DNA from: Azolla caroliniana
Lineage: Eukaryota > Plantae > Polypodiophyta
DNA: 64,000 nucleotides
Assembly (NCBI GenBank): GCA_043228905.1
Contig: JBHGNT010000005.1
Location: forward strand, 5,146,001 to 5,210,000
Direction: 5' to 3'
Below are positions 62,769-64,000 of this stretch, one piece after another (positions within the stretch are counted from its first letter, which is position 1; each line of letters opens with the position of its first letter). Position numbers and translations under genes: made by a program. The notes beneath the pieces were generated by a model. It was given only the letters and a program-made list of their open reading frames with translations, did no database searches and had not been told where the DNA came from.

Positions 62769-63183
62769 TGTCATGACACAGTGACATCAAATACATATTT
62801 GGTGATGATTGAACCTACAACCTCGAATCAACAAGATGTCATGCTCAATCATTTTAACATGACCATACATTTATATATAATTGTGTAGTATTCTATAGTC
62901 TACCGTATAGTACATTTCAGAATCAGAATATTCTAGTCGTTAGTATATTCTAGAGATATTCAATCTCGGAACTTGTATAAATACTTGTAACCTCCTCGAT
63001 CCCTTTCAAGGGATTCAACACTAGTCATTGACACATCAATCTAGTATTCTCCTTTCATGCCATATTGTCTCCTTGATCTTTATATTACTTCCTATGTTTA
63101 TAGTCTTATCGCTCACGACACTTATCAGTTGTAGCCTCGTCATCCGTGCTACATCCCAGTCCGCCATTGGTGTGTTCGTGACA
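62769..63183 (+). mobile_element. Solo LTR of the same family as 8770-9244
   Basis: TGTCAT...GTGACA termini; TSD TTACG/TAACG; colinear similarity (GTGACATCAAAT, GATTGAACC, TGTATAAATACTTGTAACCTCC, CCCTTTCAAGGGATTCAACA, CATTGACACATCAATCTAGTATTCTC). Confidence 0.88.
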
Positions 63184-64000
63184 TAACGTTTCAATAATAT
63201 ATATTCCATGCGTTGTGGACAATGTTTCGAAAACCCATGTTTTAAGGCAATATGAAATTATAAATAATTTAAATGTACACCTAGTACATAGCTGGCGGTT
63301 CTCTACTATTGAGAGAGAGAGAGAGAGAGAGAAGACTTTCCACATATAAGGGGGTATGTGAAAAATTTGGAAAATTTGTGGATCATTGTAGAAATTTTGT
63401 ATGAGCAACTACCTTGCTTGAATTGTGTACCATATCTTAATCAAAATCAAACACGGGTGTCTAAATAACAATTGGCACTTGATTACCTCATTGTATTTTG
63501 AATCCACATAAATTTCATCCACCATTTGGAATGCATAAATGTGAGGCAAATTATTTATATTTACGAGCCATTGGAAGAAATCACAAGAAATGAAAATGTG
63601 CTCACATACACTATTGAAAATCTTCTAAGAGAATCAGAGTCTAATAAAAATGTCCACTTGTAAGATTTTAACATGTGACATGAAGCTTTGAGATTCTTTA
63701 GAGTTTAAAACCTTTTAGGATATTTGAAGGAAGTTGTTTAGGAGATAATGTAATATATACACACTTGCATGTTATTTATTTGCAAAATTGGCGATTTTAC
63801 ATACAAAATATATTGGATGATGTCATGGGTGACTTCGTCGACCAATGTATGTACAATACATACTAATGGAAGTTCTTAACAATAGTAACAATTTACTCAC
63901 AAAGAATATCACATTCATAATTTATTTCAAGCCTATGTTGAGATATCTTGAGGTCTAACATTTGGACCACACAATTCTCACGGTAAATTGTTCCTTTCCC

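Overview
Eukaryotic land-plant nuclear DNA: AT-rich, microsatellite-rich and intron-containing. A seed-free plant such as a fern is my guess, not shown by the sequence. There are four host genes: an intronless GT34 xyloglucan xylosyltransferase (+, 2940-4280); a SOSEKI/DUF966 polarity gene (+, 23862-26654); a 20-exon TruD/PUS7 pseudouridine synthase (-, 36981-57661) with two GC-AG introns, one U12 AT-AC intron and a possible organellar presequence; and a divergent DTD1-type D-aminoacyl-tRNA deacylase (-, 58855-61671). The rest is transposon-derived. It includes a three-level nest (gypsy > copia > solo LTR + MITE-like element + 184-bp array), a very young intact Ty1/copia inside a PUS7 intron, stacked LINE 3' ends, several solo LTRs and a decayed 25S/26S rRNA fragment. 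The most unusual signal is that four LTR-like elements, from about three families, each carry an antisense tRNA-like A-box/B-box (Pol III promoter-like) module immediately inside their 5' terminus. All gene models and alignments were read by eye; no searches were run.
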